NCBI GenBank assembly: GCA_035606075.1
Contig: DATNGC010000060.1
Coordinates: forward strand, 1,450-65,449
DNA from: Elusimicrobiota bacterium
Lineage (GTDB): Bacteria; Elusimicrobiota; Elusimicrobia; UBA1565; UBA9628
Length of the DNA stretch: 64,000 nt
Direction of reading: 5' to 3'
Below, piece by piece: positions 42,360 through 50,262 of the stretch. A model generated the notes under the pieces. It was not told the DNA's origin, did no database searches, and saw nothing but the letters and a program-made list of their open reading frames with translations. The first letter of the stretch is position 1; each line of letters begins with the position of its first letter. The position numbers were made by a program, and so were the translations under genes.

Positions 42360-43226
42360 ATGCCTCTGGTGCCTGAAGTCAACCCGGTCGGCAGCAAACG
42401 ATCTCGCAGCGGGGCGAGAAGGAAGGGCCACATGAAGAAGAGAAGGAAGGCGTCCGCCGCGCAGCTGCGCGCCCTCGCGAGAGGTCGCGCGAAGCAGGCT
42501 GCTCGGCGGGCCAGAAAGAACGCGCCTTCCCGCCCCAGGCGTCCGTCGCGCAGGCGGCGGGTCCTGGCGGCGAGAAGCAGCCGTGCCGCCGTGATCCGCA
42601 AGCGAAGGCGCTCTCGGCGCCTCACGCCCAATCCGTTCCTCGGAGGTCTCGCCGTTATGGGCAATCCCAAAAAGCGCCGTTCGTCTCGCCGTTCTCACCG
42701 CCGTCACCATCGCCGCAGCTCTCGCTCGTCGATCTTCCGCAACCCGATCGGCGGCAGCGTCGCGGCCGTCATGGGGCCGGCCAAGGAGATGATCTCGAAG
42801 CAGTTCCTGGTCGAGGCCTCGAGCCTGGCCCTCGGCTTCGTGCTCCCCGGCATCGTCACGAGCAAGTTCGTGCCGGCGTCGTACAGGAACACGGCCGCGA
42901 AGGGCTACGCGGTCAAGGTCGCCGTGATCGCGGGCCTCGCCGGCGCGACGTCGCTTTGGAACAAGCGCGTCTCGAAGGCGATCCTGATGGGCGGGGGCGT
43001 GTCGCTCGTCCTCGACATCTACACGGACTTCGTCGCGCCGATGCTCGGCGGCGTGCTGGGCGCGGCGTCCGCGCCGGCCGCGCTGCCGGCGCCGGCCGGA
43101 GGCACCGCGACGTACTACGGCGATCGCGGCGTCGGGACGTTCTACGGCGACAACGGCCTGGGCGCCTACGAGGGCGCCTCGATCGGCTCGGCGTTCGGAG
43201 GCGCCGGCGACAACGCCTACGCCTGA
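42360..43226 (+). CDS. Protein with a protamine-like Arg/Lys-rich N-terminal region and hydrophobic C-terminal half
   Basis: By my count, 47 Arg/Lys in the first 129 residues. Hydrophobic segments follow: LALGFVLPGIV, VAVIAGLAGATSLW, ILMGGGVSLVLDIY. SD aggagag lies upstream. Confidence 0.55.
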   Translation: MPLVPEVNPVGSKRSRSGARRKGHMKKRRKASAAQLRALARGRAKQAARRARKNAPSRPRRPSRRRRVLAARSSRAAVIRKRRRSRRLTPNPFLGGLAVMGNPKKRRSSRRSHRRHHRRSSRSSIFRNPIGGSVAAVMGPAKEMISKQFLVEASSLALGFVLPGIVTSKFVPASYRNTAAKGYAVKVAVIAGLAGATSLWNKRVSKAILMGGGVSLVLDIYTDFVAPMLGGVLGAASAPAALPAPAGGTATYYGDRGVGTFYGDNGLGAYEGASIGSAFGGAGDNAYA

Positions 43227-43356
43227 GTCTTTCAAGCGCGCTCGAGGGTGAACACCTCGAGCGCGTCGTGAAGGACTTGGGCCTACCGCCCTGCAGGACC
43301 CCTGACCCGACGAGGATTACCCGATCGCGGCAGGGAACGACCCAAGGAGATCCACG

Positions 43357-44013
43357 ATGAACGCGCACATCTCGCCGGCGATGCAGAACTACCTGACTCC
43401 GCTCAAGAATCAGGCGGGCACCGAGATCGAGGAGGCCGTCGACCAGCCTCTCTACCACCTGCAGGCGTACGCGACCGCCGGCAGCACGCAGTTCACGTTC
43501 TTCAACACCGCGGCCGGCGGCTACTCGGTCACGAACATGGACGCGCAGAGCGTCCTGTCGAAGGGCAAGCGCTTCGCGATCTTCGGCATCGGGATCGGCT
43601 ACATCGGCGGCCAGGCGATCGTCCAGGACACGGCGACGACCGTGCTGAACTCGTACCTGAACGACGCGCAGAAGGTCCTCGAGGGCGTGGCGTGGGCCGA
43701 GCTCAACATCCTCGACAAGAACTACCTGCGCGAGGCGCCGCTGACCCGCCTGCCCGGCGGCGTCGGCCTCAACGTCGGCGGCGCGTCGTTCCAGCGCACG
43801 CAGACGTCGGCCGCGGACGGCACGCGGCAGATCTCCTACGGCAGCAACGGCTTGCCGATGCTGTCGTGCATGCGCAAGCTGCGCGTGCCGATCCCCCTGC
43901 CCGAGCAGACGAAGTTCGCGGTCGTCGTGAACTTCCCGACCGCGGTCACCGTGACCACGGCCGGCACGCTCGCCGTGTGGCTCGACGGCGTGCTGCTGCG
44001 CGCCGTGCAGTAA
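43357..44013 (+). CDS. Capsid-like beta-rich protein (single jelly-roll candidate)
   Basis: 218 aa with SD aaggag. It has an alternating beta pattern (QFTFFNTAAGGYSVTNM, KRFAIFGIGIGYIGG, AWAELNILD, KFAVVVNFPTAVTVTTAGTLAVWLDGVLL). It lies directly upstream of the duplicated-half protein. Confidence 0.45.
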   Translation: MNAHISPAMQNYLTPLKNQAGTEIEEAVDQPLYHLQAYATAGSTQFTFFNTAAGGYSVTNMDAQSVLSKGKRFAIFGIGIGYIGGQAIVQDTATTVLNSYLNDAQKVLEGVAWAELNILDKNYLREAPLTRLPGGVGLNVGGASFQRTQTSAADGTRQISYGSNGLPMLSCMRKLRVPIPLPEQTKFAVVVNFPTAVTVTTAGTLAVWLDGVLLRAVQ

Positions 44014-44032
44014 ATCCGGTCCATTCGACAAG

Positions 44033-44058
44033 GCTCCGGGGGCGAAAGCCCCCGGGGC
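44033..44058 (+). terminator. GC-rich hairpin with GAAA loop, weak terminator candidate
   Basis: gctccgggggc-gaaa-gcccccggggc, with no U-tract. Confidence 0.3.
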
Positions 44059-44155
44059 TCATCGAGCGGATCGGCGAAGGCCTCGCCGGCGGTTCCTCGA
44101 CGGGGAGGGCGCCTCGAGCTCGCGCCGCGACGGATTTATGAAGCGATTTGCCCCC

Positions 44156-44183
44156 TTGAAATAGCTCGGGGGATGCTTAGCAT
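44156..44183 (+). promoter_or_regulatory. Sigma70-like promoter candidate P3 of element B
   Basis: TTGAAA, 16 nt, TAGCAT. The upstream ggatttatgaagcgatttg resembles gattttatgaaggccatttg of P4. Confidence 0.45.
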
Positions 44184-44220
44184 GAGAAGGTAGGTTCCCA
44201 AAGGAACAGGAGACACGACC

Positions 44221-45165
44221 ATGGCCGACTTGACCGCGCAGCAGATCCGGGAGATGCAGATTAAGCGCTACATCCTTGGCGTCGACCCGATCCTGCCCGA
44301 CGTCGCCAAGCTCGAGAGCCGCCCGTTCATCTACGCGATGGACACCGACACGCAGAACGGCGTGCAGCTGGCCTCCGGCCAGGCCGCCAACCTGCAGATC
44401 CAGATCGACGACGGCTCTTACTTCCTGGTCGAGCAGATCCACATCATCTCGGGCCTCAAGACGGTCTCGATGGACAAGGCCCTGGTGCAGATCACCGACA
44501 CCACGACGTCGCGCGCCTGGTCCGATCAGCCCGTGCCGCTGCGCGACATCGCCGGCCGCGGCGACGCGCCGAAGTACCTCTCCGACCCGAACCTGCTGCG
44601 GCCGACGTCGACGCTCAACGTGCAGATCACGAACAACACCGGCAGCTCGGCCGCGTTCTACGCCGCGCTGATCGGGCGCAAGATCATCGGCCTCTCCGAG
44701 GCGCAGGCGAATATCATGCTGCGCCGGCTGTGGTTCACCTACGTCATGAACCTGCCCAGCGGCCTCGGCGCCTCGGCCGTCGACACGCAGGCGCAGGTCA
44801 AGATCTACAACGAGAGCGACTTCATCCTGAAGAAGCTCTCCGCGCAGCAGATGATCTCCGCGTGGGCCGCGGCCTCCGGCGGCGCGCTGTCCGACGAGAT
44901 CATGGTCATGCTGCGCGACACGACCGCCGATCGCAATTTCATGAACCAGAAGCTGCCGCTGCGGCTGATCGCCGGCCAGTACGCCGGCGCCGTCACCTCG
45001 GTCGCGAACTCCTGGGCCGGCGGCAGCCCCGAGACGCTCAAGAAGCCCGCGCTGATCCGGCGCAATGGGATCCTCGCCGGCTTCTTCGACAACAAGTCCA
45101 CGACGGCCGTCACCGGCCCCGTGAACCTGACCTGCGAAGGGATTCGCGTGTTCGACCAGGCGTAA
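44221..45165 (+). CDS. Major capsid protein candidate with internal duplication (double jelly-roll-like)
   Basis: Residues about 34-165 and 180-314 align block by block. IQIDDGSYFLVEQI aligns with VKIYNESDFILKKL. ITDTTTSRAWSDQPVPLRDIAGRG aligns with LRDTTADRNFMNQKLPLRLIAGQY. LSDPNLLRPTSTLNVQITNN aligns with LKKPALIRRNGILAGFFDNK. It has its own promoter and SD. Confidence 0.55.
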   Translation: MADLTAQQIREMQIKRYILGVDPILPDVAKLESRPFIYAMDTDTQNGVQLASGQAANLQIQIDDGSYFLVEQIHIISGLKTVSMDKALVQITDTTTSRAWSDQPVPLRDIAGRGDAPKYLSDPNLLRPTSTLNVQITNNTGSSAAFYAALIGRKIIGLSEAQANIMLRRLWFTYVMNLPSGLGASAVDTQAQVKIYNESDFILKKLSAQQMISAWAAASGGALSDEIMVMLRDTTADRNFMNQKLPLRLIAGQYAGAVTSVANSWAGGSPETLKKPALIRRNGILAGFFDNKSTTAVTGPVNLTCEGIRVFDQA

Positions 45166-45175
45166 GAGGGAAACC

Positions 45176-45715
45176 ATGCCGCCGATCTCCAAGGCGTGCC
45201 TGAGCGACCAGGACAAGAAGGATCTCGTCGCGTTCTCCGAGAAGCACAAGATCTACCCGTACCGCTATCGCTTCAATAAGCTGATCAGCACCACGGCGTT
45301 CAACAAGACCGCCGCGGGCCCGATCCAGGGCGCCAACCCGGGGCTCGGCTCTTACTTCACGCTGAGCTTCACGCCCAAAGAGATCACGCCGATCATCTAC
45401 ATCGCGACGTCGTTCATCGTGCTGCCGAACACGTCGGTCGATATCTTCGCGCTCGTCGTCAGCTACAACAGCACGATCAGCTTCGCCGACAACGTGAACG
45501 CCGGCCTGCCCGACGACGAGGCCCAGGACACCTATCAGCTGCTGTCCAACGGCGGCGCGATCAACGACTTCCAGGTGTTCTACCCGGTGAACTGGTTCCT
45601 CGAGCGCGGCCGCACGATCTATATGCACGTCTACGCCGGGCCGACCGTCGTCGCCGCGGCGAGCTCGTACATCGTCGGGCACTTCATCCTGGGCACGCTG
45701 CCCACGGGGGCTTAA
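45176..45715 (+). CDS. Capsid-associated beta-rich protein (penton or minor capsid candidate)
   Basis: 179 aa with a beta-strand pattern (SYFTLSFTP, PIIYIATSFIVLP, DIFALVVSYNSTISF, TIYMHVYAG, YIVGHFILG). It starts 10 nt after the capsid candidate. Confidence 0.4.
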   Translation: MPPISKACLSDQDKKDLVAFSEKHKIYPYRYRFNKLISTTAFNKTAAGPIQGANPGLGSYFTLSFTPKEITPIIYIATSFIVLPNTSVDIFALVVSYNSTISFADNVNAGLPDDEAQDTYQLLSNGGAINDFQVFYPVNWFLERGRTIYMHVYAGPTVVAAASSYIVGHFILGTLPTGA

Positions 45716-45716
45716 C

Positions 45717-45950
45717 ATGGGAGCGGACGGCAACGGCATCGGCGAGCTCGGTCAGCAGATGGGATCCGCGGGCCGCAACGTCGGCCCGAAGATCAACCAG
45801 GCGGTGTTCGTCGCTCCCGGCGCCGGCTTCGTGTGGCAGGACTCAAACGGCGCCTGGTGGCAGGAACGCCTGGCGCAGAACGCCGACGGCACGACCTACT
45901 TCGACGAGACCGGCCGGCCGACCTTCGAGCTCGTCCCGGTGTCCATATGA
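45717..45950 (+). CDS. Hypothetical small protein
   Basis: 77 aa. It ends in an ATGA overlap with the next ORF. Confidence 0.4.
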   Translation: MGADGNGIGELGQQMGSAGRNVGPKINQAVFVAPGAGFVWQDSNGAWWQERLAQNADGTTYFDETGRPTFELVPVSI

Positions 45951-46906
45951 TGAAGCCCCGCCGAGCCGGACTGCTGTTCGCGGGCCTCCTGGGCACGCTG
46001 GTGATCCTCCGCGGGCTCTCCGGAGCTCAGCAGCCCACCGGCGGCTCGATCTCGGCCTTCCGCGCCGTCTACGAGAACGTGACCGGCACGCTCGGCCTCT
46101 TCCGCCTCGACACGACGAACAACTTCTACGTCTTCGGATCCTCGAAGCAGATCCCGGGCGCGGTCCTCGTCTCGAGCGGCACGGCCGTCATTCAGTCGAC
46201 GAGCACCGTCGCGACGAACCCGATCCTGCAGATCCGCAACGCCGCCGGCACGATCCTCGGCAGCTGGATGCAGAACGGAAACCTGCAGCTCGTCACGGGA
46301 CAGTACTTCGGAGACGGCTCGACCTTAACGGGAATCCCCGGGACTGGCTCGACGACGACATGGACGGGAGGAAATAAATTCGTCGGCGTCGCCGGAACCT
46401 CCGTCACGGCGGGAAATTTCTTCGTCTCGGCGGTGACGACGATGACCGGCACCGAGTACCACACCGGGGCCGTCCATATGTCGACGGGCTCATGCGTCGA
46501 CTTCGCGGCGAATTTCGGCTTCACCACGACGGCGACTTCATTCGTCGCGGCGGCTCAGGTCGCTCAGTCGTCGGTCACTATCACCCTCGCCGGAACGCGG
46601 GTAAGGTGTGAGCTTCAAGGGTCGTCGAGCAATGGAACATCCGGCGCTCAGACGTTTGCAAGCTTCGCGATGGACGGAAGCGTAAGCGCCTTTCCCAATA
46701 CAAGCTCCTCAATCGGACTCGTTTGGGTCGACGAGCCCAGCGCCGGTTATCCTATGAACATCGGGACCGCTAGAGAACTCACGACGACACCGGGAGCCCA
46801 TACGTTCCTATTCGGCCTATGGGGCAACGCGGGGACCATCACCTTTCCCGCCGTCGGAGCCTCGAACACCGCGCAATTCTGTTGCCGAGAGGTGCCCGCT
46901 CAATGA
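45947..46906 (+). CDS. Spike or receptor-binding protein candidate
   Basis: The N-terminal hydrophobic segment is MMKPRRAGLLFAGLLGTLVIL. The body is Thr/Ser/Gly-rich and beta-rich. The last 360 nt or so have clearly lower GC and different codon usage. Confidence 0.45.
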   Translation: MMKPRRAGLLFAGLLGTLVILRGLSGAQQPTGGSISAFRAVYENVTGTLGLFRLDTTNNFYVFGSSKQIPGAVLVSSGTAVIQSTSTVATNPILQIRNAAGTILGSWMQNGNLQLVTGQYFGDGSTLTGIPGTGSTTTWTGGNKFVGVAGTSVTAGNFFVSAVTTMTGTEYHTGAVHMSTGSCVDFAANFGFTTTATSFVAAAQVAQSSVTITLAGTRVRCELQGSSSNGTSGAQTFASFAMDGSVSAFPNTSSSIGLVWVDEPSAGYPMNIGTARELTTTPGAHTFLFGLWGNAGTITFPAVGASNTAQFCCREVPAQ

Positions 46907-47157
46907 ACGTCCTAGAGAAAATCAAGTCGGCCGGGATGCGTAAGATGGTTTGGGGGCTTATCGCCCTGCTCTGCGTCGTCGCGCTGGCGGCGCTCGGCAA
47001 GCTCGGCGACGTGAACAACAACGGCACGGTGTTCCGCGATTGCTTCATCGCCCTTTGCGGCTTCGTGATGGGCGCGAACTACGGCGAGCACCGCGCGAAG
47101 TCCGGCGCGGCCGCGGCGGCGCCGGCGTCGACGCCGGCGGCCGGCGGAGCGAGCTGA
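46903..47157 (+). CDS. Holin-like small membrane protein
   Basis: 84 aa with two hydrophobic segments (MVWGLIALLCVVALAAL, CFIALCGFVMGA) and a polar tail. It lies at the head of the lysis region. Confidence 0.4.
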   Translation: MNVLEKIKSAGMRKMVWGLIALLCVVALAALGKLGDVNNNGTVFRDCFIALCGFVMGANYGEHRAKSGAAAAAPASTPAAGGAS

Positions 47158-47160
47158 GCG

Positions 47161-47631
47161 ATGACCGCGATCGGGATCCTGTGGGAGCAGCGCTTCAAGG
47201 TCCTGCTGATCCTCGCGTGCGCGATCGCCTACTTCGCCTGGCTGCAGCAGCGCACGATCGGCGGCCTCGAGGCGCAGCTGGCCGCGAAGCCCCTCGTTCA
47301 AGAGAAGCTCGTCACGAAGACCGTGCAGGGCCCGGTCCACTACGTCGAGACGATCGTGGAGAAGCCGGGCGGTGAGCGCGTGATCACGCGCGACGTCGTG
47401 CGCGAGGTCAAGGTGACCGAGACCGCGCAGCAAACCACGGAGACGCCGGCGTGCCCGGCGCCGAAGCTCGAGCCGCGGTGGATCGCCGGCGTCCAGGCCG
47501 ATCCGTTCAACTATCAGCGCAGCGCGGCCGTGCGCGCCGGCGTCACTCTTTTCAATCGCGTCGACGTCTCGATCGGGCACACCGTTGTCGGGCCAGGCCG
47601 CGCGATCGCCGACGTCGCGTATCGCTTCTAA
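47161..47631 (+). CDS. Membrane-anchored protein, hypothetical
   Basis: N-terminal TM FKVLLILACAIAYFAWL. Confidence 0.4.
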   Translation: MTAIGILWEQRFKVLLILACAIAYFAWLQQRTIGGLEAQLAAKPLVQEKLVTKTVQGPVHYVETIVEKPGGERVITRDVVREVKVTETAQQTTETPACPAPKLEPRWIAGVQADPFNYQRSAAVRAGVTLFNRVDVSIGHTVVGPGRAIADVAYRF

Positions 47632-47643
47632 CAGGAGAACAAA

Positions 47644-48450
47644 ATGTCCGAGCTCATCGACGGCCACGTTCAATTCAACGGCACCGGCTGGAACTTCTAC
47701 CTGCAGAAGCAGCCCAACCTGAAATGCGAGACGCCGGATTGCTCGACGTGCAAGGCGCGCTCGATCGCGTACACCGCGGGCCTGAGCGAGAAGGAGCAGG
47801 CTGTCCAGGATCAGCTCGTCGCCGACAACCAGGCCGCGGTGCAGGCGGCCGCCGACCAGGCCTCGCGCGATCGCGCGCAGGACCAGATCAACGAGGCCGG
47901 CCGCCGCAAGAGCGAGGCCATGCGCCTCAACGGGATCCGGATGCAGCAGCGCGTCGACGCGGCTCAGTCGAAGGCCTCCGCGGCGATCGCCGCGGCCGAG
48001 GCCGAGGCGAAAGCCAAGATCAACGACGCGAACAGCTCGCTCGACTCGGCCATCCGCGCGGCGATCGCCGACCAGGCCGCCGGCCAGCGCACGATCGAGA
48101 AGACCGATTTCCTGCAGCTCGTCAAGGACGAGGCCGACACCGCGGCGCTGAAGGCGGCCGCGGACAAGGCCGCGGCCGAGAAGGCGATCGCCGACCAGGC
48201 GGCCGCGGACAAGGCCGCGGTGGATCTCCTGGCGGCCGCCGCGGCCGCTCCGGAGGCCCCGCAGGCCTCGCCGGCGGCCGCCGAGCCGCCCCAGCCCGCT
48301 CCCGACGCTTCCGCGGCTCCTGCCGCGAATCCGGACCCCGTGGCGGCGCCCTCGACCGCCGCCGCGGGCGCTCCGGCGGATCCCGCGGCGCCGGCGCCGG
48401 CGCCGGCGCCGAGCTCGAGCGACACGCCGGCGGGATCCGGAGGGATCTAA
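47644..48450 (+). CDS. Hypothetical protein: Cys-cluster N-terminus, coiled coil, Ala/Pro-rich tail
   Basis: KCETPDCSTCKARS comes first. A long Ala/Gln/Asp coiled coil follows, ending in a PAAAEPPQPAPDASAAPAANPDP tail. Confidence 0.4.
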   Translation: MSELIDGHVQFNGTGWNFYLQKQPNLKCETPDCSTCKARSIAYTAGLSEKEQAVQDQLVADNQAAVQAAADQASRDRAQDQINEAGRRKSEAMRLNGIRMQQRVDAAQSKASAAIAAAEAEAKAKINDANSSLDSAIRAAIADQAAGQRTIEKTDFLQLVKDEADTAALKAAADKAAAEKAIADQAAADKAAVDLLAAAAAAPEAPQASPAAAEPPQPAPDASAAPAANPDPVAAPSTAAAGAPADPAAPAPAPAPSSSDTPAGSGGI

Positions 48451-48459
48451 AGGTGGAGC

Positions 48460-49146
48460 ATGAAGAGCTCCGACCTGAAACGATTCGGCCCGCTCCTGGT
48501 CCTCATCGGTTACGTGCTTTACCGGGAGTTCACCTCGAGCGGCGACGGCTCCGATAATCCGTTCGGCATAAACACCGACGTCCTAGGAACGAGGACCATG
48601 AGCGTGATCCAAGATTTCAGCGACAAGCTCAGCCCGATCGCGAAGAAGGTCGAGAACGAGACCGGGATCTCGTCGCGCCTCGGCCTGGTCCAGGCGGCGC
48701 TCGAGTCGAGCTACGGATCCTCGAAGCTCTCGAGGCCGGACGCGCAGCTCACGATCCTGCCGGCCAACGTGACGGGGCCGGCGCTGAACATCTTCGGCTT
48801 AAAGTGCGGCAGCGCGTGGCTCAACGCGAAGAAGCCTTACGTGATGCTGCCGACGAAGGACTACTACGCGAAGGGCCAGAAGATGCCCAACGGCGCGATC
48901 GCGACCGTCGACAACCAGGCTCTCGTGTGGCCGGCGCCGTTTCGCGCCTATGGATCCTGGGAAGAGAGCTACCGCGATTGGGCGCGGCTGATGCAGATCC
49001 CGGTGTACGTCCAGGACGGAGCTCTCGCCGCGCTGCAGGCCGACGACCTCGAGAAGTTCGGCCAGGCGCTCGGGATCCACTACGCGCCGAACCAGAACTA
49101 CGCGAAGAGGATCTCCGATCGCGCCGGCGAGATGGGGCTGGCATGA
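48460..49146 (+). CDS. Peptidoglycan hydrolase, glucosaminidase (FlgJ/LytD-type) domain with N-terminal signal-anchor
   Basis: The N-terminal TM is FGPLLVLIGYVLY. The glucosaminidase pattern is LVQAALESSYGSSKL ... NIFGLKCG ... FRAYGSWEESYRDWARLM. Confidence 0.7.
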   Translation: MKSSDLKRFGPLLVLIGYVLYREFTSSGDGSDNPFGINTDVLGTRTMSVIQDFSDKLSPIAKKVENETGISSRLGLVQAALESSYGSSKLSRPDAQLTILPANVTGPALNIFGLKCGSAWLNAKKPYVMLPTKDYYAKGQKMPNGAIATVDNQALVWPAPFRAYGSWEESYRDWARLMQIPVYVQDGALAALQADDLEKFGQALGIHYAPNQNYAKRISDRAGEMGLA

Positions 49147-49388
49147 ATCCCGACGATATCTACAGGTGGGGGAAGGCGCTCGCCGTCGTCGCCGGCGTCG
49201 GCTCGAGCGCGTTCGTGATCGCGAGCGGCGTCGTGCAAAAGATCAACGCCGTGCCCGGGATCCAGAAGGACATCGCCGCGCTGCAGCTGCAGGAGGCCGA
49301 GAAGGCCGGCGAGCTCCGCTTCGTCGTCCGCGCGGTCGAGCGCATGTCGGGATTGAAATATCACCCCGCGCCGGCGAGCTCGAGATAA
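49143..49388 (+). CDS. Small membrane protein (lysis accessory candidate)
   Basis: ATG at 49143 overlaps the upstream stop. TM KALAVVAGVGSSAFVIASGVV. Confidence 0.4.
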   Translation: MNPDDIYRWGKALAVVAGVGSSAFVIASGVVQKINAVPGIQKDIAALQLQEAEKAGELRFVVRAVERMSGLKYHPAPASSR

Positions 49389-49389
49389 G

Positions 49390-49647
49390 ATGCCGGCGCG
49401 ATCGCTCGTCCTCGACGACATCGGCCAGAAGCTGAAGTGGGCCATGATCAGCGAGGTCGTTCATCCGGTGTGCTGCTTCAAGGACGAGGCCGGCCACGAG
49501 TGCAAGAACGCCGCGGCGGCGCTGCTCGTGCTGCATTTCAAGGACGGCCGCGTGGACGTCTTCGCGCTCTGCGAAAAGGATCTCCTCGTCGTGCGCGATC
49601 GCCACGCGATCGAGCGAGAAGACAAGCAGGCGATGTTCTTCTACTGA
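49390..49647 (+). CDS. Hypothetical small protein
   Basis: 85 aa with 4 Cys (VCC..C..C). Confidence 0.35.
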   Translation: MPARSLVLDDIGQKLKWAMISEVVHPVCCFKDEAGHECKNAAAALLVLHFKDGRVDVFALCEKDLLVVRDRHAIEREDKQAMFFY

Positions 49648-49655
49648 GGCCCGCC

Positions 49656-49976
49656 ATGAAGACCTTCCAGGATCTCGCCGCGGTGCAGCTCAAGGCCTCT
49701 CGAGGCAACTGGCGCAAGGCCGTGCTCGAGCTCCGCGGCGCCGCGCGCCTCGTCCATGACAAGGCCTGGCGCCGGCAGCTGCAGCGCGCGGCCGCGCAGA
49801 TCCTCCGCTGGCGCCTCGAGGCGCTGCGCTCGAGGCGGCTCAAGAACCCGCTGCCCAAGCGCGCGGCCGCGGTGATCCGCCGCGAGATCCTGCGCCACAT
49901 CGGCGACGGCCGGCCGCAGCGCGTCGCGCTCGAGCTCGCCTACAAGTACGCGCGCCGAAAGGGCCTGGTCGACTAG
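49656..49976 (+). CDS. Hypothetical basic helical protein
   Basis: ATG at 49656. 106 aa, Arg-rich. Confidence 0.35.
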   Translation: MKTFQDLAAVQLKASRGNWRKAVLELRGAARLVHDKAWRRQLQRAAAQILRWRLEALRSRRLKNPLPKRAAAVIRREILRHIGDGRPQRVALELAYKYARRKGLVD

Positions 49977-49979
49977 ACC

Positions 49980-50210
49980 ATGGCGGATCCGGAGCCGATC
50001 GAGGCCGAGCTGGTCGACGAACCCGCCCCGCGCCGGCGCGCGGCCGCGGAGCCGAAGAAAGAGGCGGCGCCGCTGCGCGTGGAGCTCGACGCCTGGCCGA
50101 AGCTGCTGCGCGCGCGCTGCGTGATCACGGAGCGGGGAAAACGTCGCGAACTCACGCTGGACGGCTCGCTCGTCGCGATTCTGCTCAACTACCTCAGCAC
50201 GCTGCGCTGA
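49980..50210 (+). CDS. Hypothetical small protein
   Basis: 76 aa. Confidence 0.35.
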   Translation: MADPEPIEAELVDEPAPRRRAAAEPKKEAAPLRVELDAWPKLLRARCVITERGKRRELTLDGSLVAILLNYLSTLR

Positions 50211-50262
50211 CGCCGGCGCCGCGGCCGTCCGACGGGCCAGATGACGATTTTATGAAGGCCAT

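Noticed and set aside
35730-45739. Long minus-strand ORFs inside element B: 35730..37043, 37707..39242, 39683..40909, 41561..42670, 41847..43235, 42913..44031, 44059..45249 and 45110..45739.
   Set aside because: All are antisense to tightly tiled plus-strand genes that have SD sequences and ATGA/GTGA coupling. The translations are dominated by Arg, Gly, Asp and Pro.
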